A stretch of 64,000 bases of DNA from Camelus ferus (taxonomy: Eukaryota). Below the pieces are notes generated by a model. The model did not search any database and was not told where the DNA came from. It saw only the letters and a program-made list of their open reading frames with translations. The position numbers and the translations under genes were made by a program. Each line of letters opens with the position of its first letter. Within the stretch, counting starts at the first letter, position 1. This document shows, one piece after another, positions 40,201 to 53,583 of this stretch. The stretch is from the NCBI RefSeq assembly GCF_009834535.1, contig NC_045696.1, positions 110,548,001 through 110,612,000 on the forward strand, read 5' to 3'.

Positions 40201-41529
40201 TTAAAGTGGATAAAATCTTATAACCCAAGCTATTCAACTTTATTACTAGTTTTATAAGTTGTGACTGAGAAGAAATCAGAATTGTTTCTGAAGAATTTGA
40301 ATTAAAAGTTACATCTGGTAGTTGTAATTTTGTGATAACTTTTTCTTCTTTGAAGAAAACTGGCTAAATTTGTGCCTAACTTGTTTCAGTTGATTTATTT
40401 TTATCATGTATGTAGTCAAGCCTGAGGCAAGTCCCCCCATGCAATATTCACCTCTCTCCCTTACCCTTGATTTATTCAGATTAAAATAATGGTAAAAAAG
40501 AATAATAAAGGTTATTTTGAAAGGGAAAATTCCAATCTCCCAAGGATGAAGTGAGATCAAGGGACCTTTGCCTCAGGCACAGTGAGTGAGTGGCTGGCTG
40601 GAAACGTTGGGAGTGTCAGGGCCATTTCTGAGGTCTCCTCAGGCTGTCACTGGGAGCCACTAAGGGTCACTAGGCATCACTCAGGGTCACCAGACATTTT
40701 AACCCACACGGGTTGAAAATGAGAAGTGGCCCTATAGAGTAACTTCACGGCAGGAAGGCAGGAAGAAAGGGAGAGCTCACCAGTCAGGGCTTTGCTCACT
40801 AAGGCCTCTCCAAGATTTGCCAACTGGGCATCAGCAGGGGAGGAGGGGCCGTGACTGCCCGACCGGAAGGCACCACAAGGCTCTACAGGAGAGCACTCAC
40901 AGAATGCGTGACAGTGCCTGTCCAGGGGAGCAGCCAGTTAAGATCTTCGGTAGTTGATGTTCTGACCTTTGAGAACACACAAAAGAAAGTTAAGCAAATC
41001 ATGGAGGAGCTGATTTCCTCATCAACCTGTTACTCACAAGGCTTTCGCAAGGCCCACGTCACCCAGCCCTTCCCGGGACTCTGTTCCGTGTACGTGTCAC
41101 AGGCACACGCACATTCTGTCCAGGAGAACCAAAGTGGGTGAAGGCAGAAAAGGCGGACAGCAGCACGTCGCTTGCATAAGACTTGCCAGGAAACACTTCT
41201 CTCACTCTTAAATTCCGCTACAACAGTCTGTGGAAATTTAAAAGGAGGAAACTTCTTACCCAGGCTTCGGATTTAAACGAGTACAGTTCTTAAATAAAGG
41301 ATATTATAAAATGAAATGTATTTAAGAAAACGCCTGCTATGAACAAATGCTTGGTTTTAGTCAAGCCAGGTAAGACCTGGCCAGACCTCTCCCTTTCCCC
41401 GGCACCTGCTGACCACCCCCAACAAGGAGCGGCGCCAAAGGGCTGCGGGCCAAGCAGCCGGCCTCCTGTCAGTGCCTGGGGCTGGTGTCTGCCTGTTGCA
41501 CATATTTCGCCATTTCTTTTGCCTGGCTT

Positions 41530-42120
41530 GCTGTGGAAGTCTCCTAACTGGCCTGCCAGTCTGTTCTCACAGTAGCCAGCATGGCCCTCTCGAATGTTGC
41601 AGTGGCTTTCCATCTCACTAGGAATAAAATGCTAGGTCCTTGCCTTGGCCCGACAGGGTTCCACCCGAGCTTGTCCCCAGCCCTCCGCACCCGTCCGCCT
41701 ACCTCCCTCCAAACAACCTCGGGGCTGCTGCTCCAACAGCCACAGCCACAGCCAGGCCTCGGAGTCTTGCTTCTCACTGCCTTCTCTGCCTGGAAAGACC
41801 CACCCTGAGATGCCCAGAGACCTACTCCAACATCACCTTGTCGAAAGGTCCTTTCTGGACCACTTGTTCTGGACAAGCACCACCCACTCTGTCACTCTCC
41901 ATCTCTTTCTCTGCCGTTCTTTTCACATTTCTGATCACTTGACATATGTCTTATCTACTTATCTATGGTCTGTCTTCTCACTAGAGGGCAAGCCTCAGTT
42001 TCTTCCCACCTATAGTCACTTAGCTCACCTTTCGTGTGTACTGGAACCACGCCTGGCTTCCATGACGCGCTCAAAAAAAAGTATGACTGATGAGTGAGTG
42101 AAAGAACGAATGAATTCATG
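41530..42120 (+). mobile_element. L2a 3' end
   Basis: tggctttccatctcactaggaataaaa...ctctgcctggaaag...ctagagggcaagc..., ending in a gaatgaat-like tail. Confidence 0.7.
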
Positions 42121-42339
42121 TGCGTAGATGCTCACCTGATCCCTGATTTGGAGTGGTGAGAGGGCAAGGCATCTAACCATAGGTCTGCAAGCAGAACAAA
42201 GAAGCCTGAGCACCAGCCTGTGAACACAGAGGTTGGGTGGCAGAACCCAGAGTGGGTTACAGGTAGTGGGAGAAACAATGGGGCTTGAAAGGACATTGGT
42301 GCCCCAGCAGCGGGGGGCACACAGCAGTTTGGGCAAATC

Positions 42340-45300
42340 AGTTGATGAAACAGATGTCTAAGACTACAACAAAACCACAACTGGCTGCTAAACAACCATT
42401 AAAAAAAATAAAATAAAACTGGGACCCAGCAAAAAAGATCTTATTTAACTGGAAACATAAAGAGAGAACCACAGCAGGACTTGGTAAGAGGGGTGTGCTC
42501 ACAGTATAACTGGGCCCCATTCCTCATGTGTGGGCGACCTACAAGCTAAAGAGTAATTAAGTCACAGAAGCCCTCCCATAGGATTGAAAAGTTCCGACCT
42601 CCACATCAGGCTCTCCAGCTTGGGGTTCCAGCATTGGAAGGAGGAGGAGACCCCAGGGACATCTGGTTTTGAAGGCCAGCAGGGCTCAACTCCAGGAGCC
42701 CCATGGGACTGGGGCAAACAGAGACTTCATCCTCTAGGGAAGCATACATAGAATCTCGCATGCACCAGGTCCAAGGGCAGAGGCAGTGACTTGTAGGAAT
42801 CTGGGCCAGACCTGCCTGCTGGTTTTGGAAGGTCTCCTAAGGATCTAGGGGGCAGCTGTGGCTCACACTGGGGACATAAAAGCTGGTGGTGGAAATTCAG
42901 GGAGTGTTCATCTACATGAACTTTCCTGGAGACTGACATCTTGCTTGGGTCATTAGCACCAAGATCTAGCCCCACCCAACAGCCTGTAGGCTTAAGGACT
43001 GGGAAGCCTCAAGCCAAATAACATACTGGGTGGGAACACAGCACCACCCATCAGTAGACTTCCTAAGCCCAGAGCCACCTCTAGATACTACCCACCAGAA
43101 GGCCAGGACCAAGCTCCACCCAGCAGTGGGCAGGCACTGGCTTCTCCTGCCAGGAAACCTGCATTAGCCTCTAGTCCAGCCTCAGTCACCAGGGGGCAGA
43201 TACCAGAAGTAAGAAAACAACAATCCCAAAGCCTGTGGAAGGAATCTGCAAATGCAGGCCAGCCTCTACCCTGGCACCTGCTGGACCCTGGCCCTTGGGT
43301 GACAGGAGAGGAGTACACTGCTGGGATGCATAGGGCATCTCCCACAGAGGGCCACCTCTCCAAGACTGAGAAATGTAACTAACCTACATAAAAATACAAA
43401 AAGAAATTTAGACAATATGAGGTGGCAGAGGAATACCTTCCAGGCCAAGGCACAAGATAAAATCCCAGAAGAGGAAATAAGTGATGAAGAGAGAGGCAAT
43501 CTACCCAAGAAAGAGTTTAGAGTAATGATGGTGAAAATGTTCAGAGAACTTGGGAGGAGTATAGTTGCATAGAGTGAAGTTTTTAGCAAAGAATTAAAAT
43601 CACTGAAATGAGTAACACATCAGAAGGAACCAAAAATAGACTAAATGAGGCAGAAGAACAGGTCAATGACCTAGAAGGCAGATTAGTGGAAATCACTACT
43701 GCAGAACAGAAAAAAGAAAAAAAGAATGAAAAGAAAGGATAGTTTAAGAGAAAGAACTCTGGGACAACATGAAGTACACGAATATTTGCATTTTAAGGGT
43801 CCCAGAAAGAGAAGAGAGAGAGTAAGGACCTGAGAAATAATACCTGAAATTTTCCCTAACTTGGGAAAGGAAAAAGTCACTGAAGTCCAGGAATCACAGA
43901 GTCCACAGAGAATTAACCCAAAAAAGAACACACAGAGGCACATGGAAATCAAATAGACAAAAATTAAAGATAAGGAGAAAATATTAAAACCAACAAGAGA
44001 AAAGCAACAAATAACATACAAGGGAACTCCCATCAGGTTATCAGTTGTTTTTTCAGCAGAAACTCTACAGGCCAGAAGGCAATGGTGTGATATATCTGAA
44101 GTGATGAAAGGGAAAAACTTACAACCAAGAATACTCTATCCAGCAAGGCTCTCATTCAGATTTGATGGAGAAATCAAAAACTTCACAGATAAACAAAAGC
44201 TAAAAGAATTCAGTGCCACTAAATCAGCTTTATAACAAATATTAAAGGAACTTCTCTAGGTAAAAAAGAAAAAGCTACAACTAGACACAAGAAAAGTAAT
44301 CGTGAGGCGAGGAGGGTACAAATGCAGGGTATCTAAATGCATTTGAAATTAAGAGATCAGCAGCTTAAAACAATCTTGTATACATATAGACTTCTATACC
44401 AAAACCTCATGGTAGCTGCAAACCAATATAACTGTACAGTCATTAAATCACAAAAGAAGAGAACAAAAAGAAGAGAAAAAAAGACCTACAAAAAAAATCC
44501 CAAAACAATTAACAAAATGGCAATAAGAACATACATATCAATGATTAACTTAAATGTAAACAGATTAAACACTCCAGCCAAAAGACACAGATTGGCTGAA
44601 TGGACACAAAAAGAAAACCCACATGTACGCTATCTATAAGAGACTTACTTCAGAGCTAGAGACACATGCAGGCTGAAAGTAAGGGGATGGAAAAAGATAT
44701 TCCATGCAAATGAAAACCAAAGAAAACTGGAGTAGCAATACTTATTTCAGACAAAATAGATTAAAATAAAGTCTTTAAAATAAAGACTGTTAAAAGAAAC
44801 AAAGAAGGACACTACATAATGCTCAAAGGATCAGTCCAAGAAGAAATAACAATTGTAAATATATATGCACCCAACGTGGGAGCACTTCAATATATAAGAA
44901 CAGACATATATGTTCTATATATGTTAGTAGACATAAAAGGAGAAATAGACAGTAACACAATAACAATGGGGGACCTTAACACCCCGCTTACATTAATGGA
45001 CAGATCATACAGACAGAAAATCAGTAAGGAAATACAGGCCCTAAATAGCACATTAGACCAGATGGACTTAATTAGTATCTACAGAGCATTCCATCCAAAA
45101 GCAACAGAATACACATTCTTCTGAAGTGCACATGGAACATCGTTCAGAATCAACCACATGCTGGCCCACAAAGCTAGCCTTGGTAAATTTAAGAAAACTG
45201 AAATCATACCAAACATCTTTTCCAAGCACAATGCTATGAGGTTAGAAATCAACTATAAGAAGCAAAAAAAAACTGCAAAAACCACAAATACATGGAGGCT

Positions 45301-48300
45301 AACCAATATGCTATTAAACTACCAATGGATCACTAAAGAAATCAAAGAGGAAATCAAAAAATACTTTGAGACAAATTAAAACAAAAACATAATGATCCAA
45401 AACCTCTGGGATGCAGCAAAAGCAGTTCTAATAAGAAAGTTTATAGAGATACAAGCCTACCTCAGGAAACAGGAAAATCTCAAATAAACAACCTAGCCTT
45501 ATACCTAAAACAAACAGAGAAAGAACAAACAAAATCCAAAGTTAGTAGAAGGAAAGAAATCATAAAGACTAGCAGAAATAAATGAAATAGAGACTAAAAA
45601 ACAATGGAAAAAGTCAATGAAACTAACAGCTGGTTTCTTGAAAAGATAAACAAAATTGATAAACCTTTAGTTAGACTCATCAAGAAAAAAAGGGAGAGAG
45701 CCAAATCAATAAAATCAGAAATGAAAAAGGAGAAGTCACAGCCAACATCACAGAAATACAAGGGATCAGAAGAGGTTATTATGACCAACTATAAGCCAAA
45801 AAAAAGGACAACCTTGAAGAAACGGACACTTCTTAGAAAGGTACAATTTGCCAAGACTGAATCAGGAAGAAATAGGCAATATGAATAGACCAATTACCAG
45901 TACTGAAGTTGAATCAGTAATTTAATAACTCAAAACAAACAAAAGTCCAGGACCAGAAGACTTCACAGGTGAATTCTACCAAACATTTATAGAGAAGAAT
46001 TAACTATATAGCTTCTGAAACTATTCCCAAAAATTGCAGAGGAAGGAACACTTCTCCACTCATTCTGATATTATGCTGATATCAAAACCAGACAAAGATA
46101 CCAAAAAAATTATAGGCCAATAACACTTATGAATATAGATGCAAAAATCCTCAACAAAATACTAGCAAATTGGCTCCAACAATTCATGAAAAGGATCATA
46201 CAACATGATCAAGTGGGATTTATCCCAGGAATGCGAGGATTTTTCCAATATCCACAAATCAATCAATGTGATACACCACTTTAACAAACTGAAGAATAAA
46301 AACCATATGATCATCTCAACAGATGCAGAAAAAGCTTTTGATAAAATTCAACATCATTTATGATAAAAACTCTCCAGAAAGTGGGCATAGACAGAACATA
46401 CCTCAACATAATAAAGACAATATATGACAAATGCACAGCTAACATCTTACTTAATTGGGATAAGCTGAAAGCATTTCTTCTAAGAACAGGAACAAAAAAG
46501 GATGCCCCCTCTTGCCACTTTTATTCAACATAGTCTTGGAAGTCCTAGCCATAGCAATCAGAGAAGAAAAAGAAATAAAAGGAATCCAAACTGGAAAAGA
46601 AGAAGTAAAACTAACTGTTTGCAGATGACGTGATACTCTATATAGAAAACCCTAAAGAAATGACCAGAAAACTACCAGAGCTCACCAATGAATTTGGTAA
46701 AGTTGCAGGATACAAAATTAATACACAGAAATCAGTTGCATTTCTATACACTAATAACCAAATAGCAGAAAAAGAGATTAAAGAAACAAAACCATTTACC
46801 ATTGCACCAAAAAGAATAAAATACCTAGGAATAAACCTACCTTAGGAGGCAAAGGACCTGTACTCTGAAAACTGTAAGACACTGATGAAAGAAACTAAAG
46901 ATGACATAAACAAATGGAAACAGATACTGTGTCCTTCGATTGGAAGAATCAATACTGTTAAAATGGCCATACTACCCAAGGCAATATACATATTCAGTGC
47001 AATCCCTATCAAATTACCAGTGACATTTTTCATAGATCTGAAACAAAAAAAGTTAAATTTTGTATAAAAATATAGAAGAAATTGAATAGCCAAAATATTC
47101 TTGAAAAAGGAGAACATATCTTTGGGAATCATGCTCCCTGACTTCAGACTATACTACAAAGCTACAGTAATCAAAACAGTATGGTACTGGCACAAAAATA
47201 GACACATAGATCAATGGAACAGGATAGAAAGCCCGGAAATAAACTCACACACTTACGGTCAATTAATCTATGACAAAGGAGGCAAGAATATACAATGGAT
47301 AAAAAACAGTCTCTTCAGTAAGTGGTGCTGGGAAAACTGGACAGCTACCTGTAAAAGACTGAAATTACAACATTCTCTAACACCATATACAAAAAGAAAC
47401 TCAAAATGGATTAAAGATGTAAATATAAGACCAGATACTATAAAACTCCTAGAGGAAAACATAGGCAGAATACTCTTGGACATAAATCGCAGCAATACAT
47501 TTTCTGAACCTGCCCCTGGAGTAATGGCAATAAAAGCAAAAATAAATAAATAGGATCTAATTAAACTTAAAAGCTTTTGCACAGCTAAGGATATCATCAA
47601 GAAAACGAAAAGACAATCTACGGAATGGGAGAAAGTGTTTGCAAATCATGCAACTGACAAGTGACTAATTTCCAAAATATACAGCTCATACACTTAAAAA
47701 AAAAAAAAAAAGAAGCAACCCAACCAAAAGTGGGCAGAAGACCTAAATAGACATCTCTCCAAAGAGGACATCTAAATGGCCAACAAGCACATGAAAGGAT
47801 GCTCAACATGGCTAATTGCCAGAGCAATGCAAATCAAAACAACAATGAGATATCACCTCATACCAGTCAGAATGGCCATCAATAAAAAGTCCACAAATGA
47901 TAAATGCTGGAGAGGGTGTGGAGAAAAAGGAACCTTCCTACACTGTTGGTATGAATGTAAATTAGTACAACCACAATGGAAGACAGTATGGAGGTTCCTT
48001 ATAAAGCTAAAAATAAACTTACTATATGATCCAGCAATCCCACTCCTGGGCATATATCCGGAGAATAATATAATTCAGAAACATGCATCCCAATGTTCAC
48101 AGCAGCACTATTTACAACAGCCAAGACATGGAAATAACCTAAATGTCCATCGACACATGACTGAATAAAGATGTGGTATATTTATATAATGGAATACTAT
48201 TCAGCCATAAAAAACATTAAAATAATGCTATTTGCAGCAACATGGATAGACCTGGAGATCGTCATTCTAAGTGAAGTAAGCCAGAAAGAGAAAGAAAAAT

Positions 48301-48600
48301 ATCGTATGATACCACTCATATGTGAAATCTAAAAAAAAAAAAACAAAAACCAAATGAACTTATTTACAAAACAGAAAGAGACTCACAGGCATAGATATCA
48401 GACTTATGGTCACCAGGGACTAAAGGAGGTGAGAAGGGATAAATTGGGAGCTTGAAATTTGCACCTCTTGGGGAGAAATGGAAATGTTAACTATCTTGAT
48501 TGTGGTGGTGGTTTCATAGGTGCAGACATCTATCAAAATACATCAAATTGTAGATCTGAAATATGTGTGGTTTACTGTACAGAAATTATACCAAAAAAGG
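42340..48600 (+). mobile_element. Near full-length decayed LINE-1 (5' UTR, ORF1, ORF2, 3' UTR)
   Basis: GC-richer 5' UTR to about 43415, ORF1 remnant about 43417-44259, ORF2 remnant about 44517-48332 with endonuclease (MGDLNTPL, SKHN), RT (FADD at 46618-46629) and Cys-rich domains. Many stops and frameshifts; 5' boundary approximate. Confidence 0.95.
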
Positions 48601-49543
48601 AAATGATGTGTCAGAGTATTTAACAATCCAGGAAATGCACATTTACTTTTTAAAGTTTTCCTGATGTGGAATCCAATCGAATTAGTCAGAGTGCTGTGAT
48701 GAGCTAAGTACAGAGAGAAGTCAGGATACCTAAGAAAAACAAAACCATGTTCGGTAGCTATTAGAATTTTCCAATTTTCCAAATAAACTGTATCCTGGGA
48801 AGTTTCCTCACTTCATTCAGGGCAGACAAAGAGCATTCAGGGTTTATGATCCTGCCACAGTATTTTTATTTCTCTTTTTTTCCATATCTCTCATTGTGAT
48901 TATGTGTTTATCATGAAGAAAATCCATGAACATCCTAGTATAAGGGTGTGGTTGCGTTAAGCTCTGTGAAACAAAGGCTTCTTTCTACTTATCTTCACCC
49001 CAAAATATGTGAACACAGAGTGACCGTCCTGGAGCAGCGCCTCTCTCAGAACTGCTGAGTAAGCACTGATCAGATGGAGAAAGGGCACGTGGATGGGGGC
49101 CCCAGAAAGCGTTTTCCCAGCACCACTTCACCCTCAGGGTTGATGGCTGTTATGACCCTTCACACGTTAAATGGGTGAAAGTGGACACTGCAAATGCCTC
49201 CCCTCCCCATTGCCCTGACCTCTCTGACTTCAGTTTCTCCCACTCTTTTTCCTTACCCCACGCCAGCTACATTGGCCTTCCGCTGTTCCTCTGATAGCTC
49301 AGACGTTTTTTCAATTAGAAACAATATTTATTGTTTCCTGTTAAAATAGGACACTCTTACGAGAAACAAATGTGCAAAAAAGAGCATTCCTCGGTTTTCT
49401 CACTTATCCCAACAGGCTGGGGCCATCAATTCCAAACCTCTCTCACTGTGAACAAGGGAAAGGCTCCACCTACTTCCAGGAAGTTAGGCTATTCTAGTTT
49501 TACCTTTGATCATTTGCATGCATTAAAGAAAATCAAAACCCAA

Positions 49544-49621
49544 CTGTTGAAAAATTGTGCTCTACACTGGAATTTGACACAACATTGTAAAATAATTATA
49601 AATCAATAAAAAATGTTAAAA
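49544..49621 (+). mobile_element. Extremely 5'-truncated L1 3' tip
   Basis: ctacactggaatttgacacaacattgtaaaat...caataaaaaatgttaaaa. Candidate TSD AAAACCCAA (49535-49543) / AAAATCCAA (49622-49630). Confidence 0.65.
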
Positions 49622-50209
49622 AAAATCCAATCAAAATGTACAACTAGAAGTAATATAAGGTGATGTTAATTATACCTCAATAAAAACTAAGTACTACGTT
49701 AAAAAAAAAAAAAAAAAAACACCCGTTAACAAGCTACCTGTCCCTAGGCACTCAGGCCCAGTCCAGTTGGACAGACAGACAGCCTCAAGCCCACATCCCC
49801 CTGCCAGGTGGGTGCTCCTGGCTAGGGATGGAAGACGCTCCCAGCTCCTGGTTAGCTGGTTGAAAGCATGCAGCACCTCCAGTGAGAGGCTGAGACCTCT
49901 TTAGCAAGGAGTATTTTGGGTGAAAATAGGGCCGCCTTCTGGCCACAGGATCTGGTCTAGAAGCTACTTATTCCATCTTCAAATCCCCTGTGATCCTTTA
50001 AGTTGACAAGAGCAAATTCAAATTTCAAAATGGCACATCAAGTTATACGAGGTAGAGAACGTCATTAGGGCAATGGTCTCACCACATCGCCAGGTAGATT
50101 CCGACCCCACTCTTCCCTCCCCTCATCCTTCAGGACCAGCTGGTGCTGCCCACTGCTCCTCCTGGGTGGCAGCTTCCAGCATCCAGAAGCCTTGAGCAAA
50201 CTTCAGCCT

Positions 50210-50384
50210 CACAAGTTAAGAGGTGGCCCAATTAAAGAACTCCATGGTAACTTCAAGGCCAAGGTCCTACCTCAGAGCCTTTGCATTTGCTTCCCCCTTT
50301 GCCTAGAAGGCTCTCCCCAACCCCATATTCTCAAGGCTGGCTTAGCGTTCCCTCTGTGATCACCTCACCTAAATGTCAATGCCC

Positions 50385-50421
<37 letters not shown>

Positions 50422-50640
50422 CTTACCACCTTTCCTGGTTTGGCTTTCTTCTGAGAACTCTCATCACGTAACATAGTTAAGTATCTTTTTTTGTTTGGCT
50501 TATTTTTGCCCCATTCTCCACTAAAAAGTGCGCTTTGGCAGAGAGGGGTTTTCATCCGCTTCGCTCACTGCTATACCTTTAGTGTCTATACCCGCGGCGT
50601 AAGTGCTAGGCCCTCACTAAACTACCTGCTGAATGTGCGC
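50210..50640 (+). mobile_element. L2 3' fragment containing a microsatellite
   Basis: cctcagagcctttgcatttgct...tcactgctatacc...ctcactaaactacctgctgaatg. Confidence 0.6.
50387..50419. repeat. (CA)16 microsatellite
   Basis: Perfect CA run read directly. Confidence 0.97.
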
Positions 50641-51185
50641 CTGGAAGTCCTCCAGCTGCGGAGCGCGGGGACGCCAGGAAGCTGGCTCTCGTCTCCGTCA
50701 GAAGTGTAGCAGCACAGGCTCGTGTTCACTCACTGGCCGAGCAGACTCTCAGGTGAAGACCTACACCTGCAATTCTCAACCGTGGCTGAGCATCTGAATC
50801 CCACAGGCATTTGATGGAGACTCAGCCGCCCCGCCCCGGAAATTGTGACGTCGCCCCGCCCCACCCCGCCCCACCCCGCCCCGGTGATTGTGACGTCAGC
50901 GGTAACCGTCGTACCAGGAATTCTGGGAAACCGGGGCCCAGGCGAGAGACTGGCTTCCCGACGAATCCCGATCGGGTCTGTTTTCGGGTGTCTGGCTGCG
51001 AACACCAGGAGGAGGCGGTTGATGTGAGCTGGGGGGAATCCGCCAGGAAGACGAGGAAGCCTGGAGGGTCTCGCCAGGAGGGGACACTGGGAGGGAGCGC
51101 GACCCCACTGACCCGCCGCTCAGTCCGCGCACTCGCCTGGCTGCCCAGCCCGCCCGGCCTGCGCTGAACAGAACGCCTGCCACGT
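50590..51185 (+). promoter_or_regulatory. CpG-island-like promoter with GC boxes and two CRE motifs
   Basis: Most CpG-dense stretch of the window. Multiple CCCCGCCCC boxes, TGACGTCG at 50846-50853, perfect TGACGTCA at 50891-50898, donor-like GAT|GTGAGC after 51023. Confidence 0.75.
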
Positions 51186-51650
51186 GTGTGATGTTGCGTT
51201 GTCTAGTGCCACACGTTTAAAAAAGTAAAAAAGAAACATGAAAAGTTAATTTTAACAATATATTTTATTTAACCTTATATATTCAAATATTATCATTTCA
51301 GCAAGTAGCTAATATGCAAAATTACCAATATTTTGTACTTTGCCCGCAAAATCCAGAGTCTATTTTATAATTACAACACACCTCAATTTGGAAGCTAAAT
51401 TTTCAGCAGAAATACTTGAACTGTGAAAAGTTAACTGTAGCTTTCATAAAATTTACGGTTGGAAAAGTAGATTCACGGACTCACATTGTTCCAAACATAC
51501 TTAAGAGTTCTCAAAAACTGAATTGAGCATCAGTTTATAAATTTAAGTAAATTGATTAAAGTTAAATTACAAATTTAATTCCTTAGACAGATTTCAAGTG
51601 CTCAGGAGTCATTTGCGGCCAGTGGCCACTGTGCCGGCCAGCACAGCCCT
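51175..51650 (+). mobile_element. Charlie1-like hAT DNA transposon deletion derivative
   Basis: aaaaaagtaaaaagaaac...ttccaaacatacttaagagtt...atttcaagtgctcaggagtc...gccagtggccact. Confidence 0.75.
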
Positions 51651-52975
51651 GAGAGGCCGCCGGCCAGGACACCTTCGGCCAATCACACCGCGGGGATGGG
51701 GGTTGTTGGGGGATGGCTGGGGGTTTAGAACAGAGAACGGATGCCGAGCAGCCACAACTGTTGACTACTATAACTAAGGGAAAAGAGTGATTTTATCTTC
51801 TGTGTTTTTGTCCGGTGAAGAAAAAAGTTAACTCCAGTGCATTTCCTGTATTTAAGAAAACAAAACAAACTCAGCATGACAAGGAATCGCTAAGCATTTC
51901 TGGTTAACTAAGGATCCTGTGGTAAACCATTCCTAAAGATCACGTGAGGGAAAATTGATATTTGTTCAGGGTGGTTAGGGTTTCCAAATGAAAAAAGCTT
52001 GGCTCTACTCCATAGGAATAGAAGGATGTAAACTCAGTTTCATACAGAAGGTATGTAAGGTCATACAGTTGATTTGTGAGCTAGTGTGCTCCCAGTTTGG
52101 TGAGAATACATAATGATCTTGTCATCGGAAATGGAGACAACACTTTTCATAAAATTAAAAACTAGTCATCAATTACTCCCTCCCAACCCATCCTCTCTGA
52201 ATTGTTTATGATGAGACTCTTGGCTTCAGGGGAAATGGTCGCCAAATGGCTTACTTGCTGCATTTTATTCTGTTTAGTCCATCGTAACTCCTATCTCTGT
52301 CTTCAAGATGCTAAGTGAACTTTCTGCTACTCAGGGAGTAAGCCATGAATGAGGCTGGTGGGATGGCCCTCTCATCGGATGTAGCTGTTTGATGTCTAGA
52401 AGGGCAAGCTCCTGTCTCCGAGCGCTGGTGGAACACAAGCCTCCTTTCACAGCTGGCTCTCACGGGTGACCTCAGGCCAGACCCACGTGGACCCATGGAC
52501 CTTGGCAGTCTCTCCTCCCCCTTTGCTTGAAGTTAGATTTAAATTCTAAATCCAGTTGAAACCTTTCTGCAAGAAGTCTCCTTCCAACCCTGCAAGACAG
52601 CTGGACTAGACCCCAAAGGAGTAAACAACTTGACAGGTGAACCCAGAATATATTGTGATTGTCACCGTACTAGGTTAATGATTTTCTTTTTTCTTTCTAA
52701 CCTTTTGCTAGCAAAGTTTGAGACAAAAACTATCCAGAAGAAAAGAAGAGAGGCATAAAGAGCCAGTCACAGAAGCTTTAACATTTTGCTCTAAGTGAAA
52801 GACAAGTGCTAAGGAACTTAAAATATTTCCTTCCTATTCAGTGTTAGCTTTGTGGCCTTGTGATTCTTTAAAGGTTTTTAAATCAAAAGACTTCTCTTTT
52901 ATATCTAGAGGAAGCAACACACTACTGGAGTTGACAGAACATCAGATTAACTTCAGAGCTGAGGCGGAGGACACC

Positions 52976-53583
52976 TGTGGTCCTATTGCCCAAAGATCGG
53001 CCCCTGTTCCTCATGAAGCTGAATTAAAGCTCAGAAACAGAGTCTTAGAGTGCAGAAGAGACAGCTTTATTGCTTTGCCAGGCCAAGGGGGCTCACAGCA
53101 GGCTGGTGCCTTCAAAACGGTGAACCCATCTTGGGGATGGGGCAGGGTGATTACATAGCGACAGCTTAAACAAGAAGACATCGATAACAATCAACAGAAT
53201 TTTTTCCTTATGAGGCTCAGAGTGGTGTCATGGTGTTTCCAGGTGATTGATTCTGTAGAGGCTGGTGGTTGCCACTCTTTTGATCTCTTTATCTGTAAGC
53301 GCCCACAGCATGGTCTTCTGGTGATTCAGGCTGTTTTGTAAGGTTACAATTCTGTGAACTTCTTGCTGGAGAACAACTCGGAAACCAGGTATGATTATTT
53401 CTCTTGATTACCGGAATAAAGCAGAGGCAGCAAAATTAATAGCTTCATTTTAATAATGGGTCTCGGGCTGGGAACAGCAACCGATCGGTCAGGTTAGTTG
53501 GCCAGTTTAAGAGCAAGCATATAAGTAATCTGTTAGCCTAAGTGCAGCCGTTTTATTAATTCTCTTCTGCCCCAGTCCTTACT
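52976..53583 (-). mobile_element. Probable ERV solo LTR (about 600 bp)
   Basis: Starts TGT on the + strand; contains agctttattgctttgccaggccaagggggctcacagc (minus-strand AATAAA/R region resembling cetartiodactyl ERV LTRs). TSD not clearly seen. Confidence 0.65.

Noticed and set aside
40851..41141. ORF containing KKVKQIMEELIS, superficially like motifs in known proteins (including MEELIS of ACAD11)
   Set aside because: Only a few residues match, similarity does not extend, and the start is non-ATG; consistent with chance.
43184..43200. CTCF-like motif TCACCAGGGGGCAG
   Set aside because: Single short match inside an L1 5' UTR; cannot be supported without binding data.
42340..48600. Possible active or domesticated L1
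   Set aside because: ORF1 and ORF2 are broken by many stops and frameshifts; the longest piece in the ORF track is about 150 aa.
50730..51183. Overlapping Pro/Arg/Gly-rich ORFs in the CpG-rich region
   Set aside because: Expected from stop-codon scarcity in GC-rich DNA; no recognisable protein.
39375..51650. Two oppositely oriented Charlie1-like fragments bracketing about 11 kb, as if a composite transposon
   Set aside because: Both are ancient, abundant and independently decayed; no shared TSD visible.
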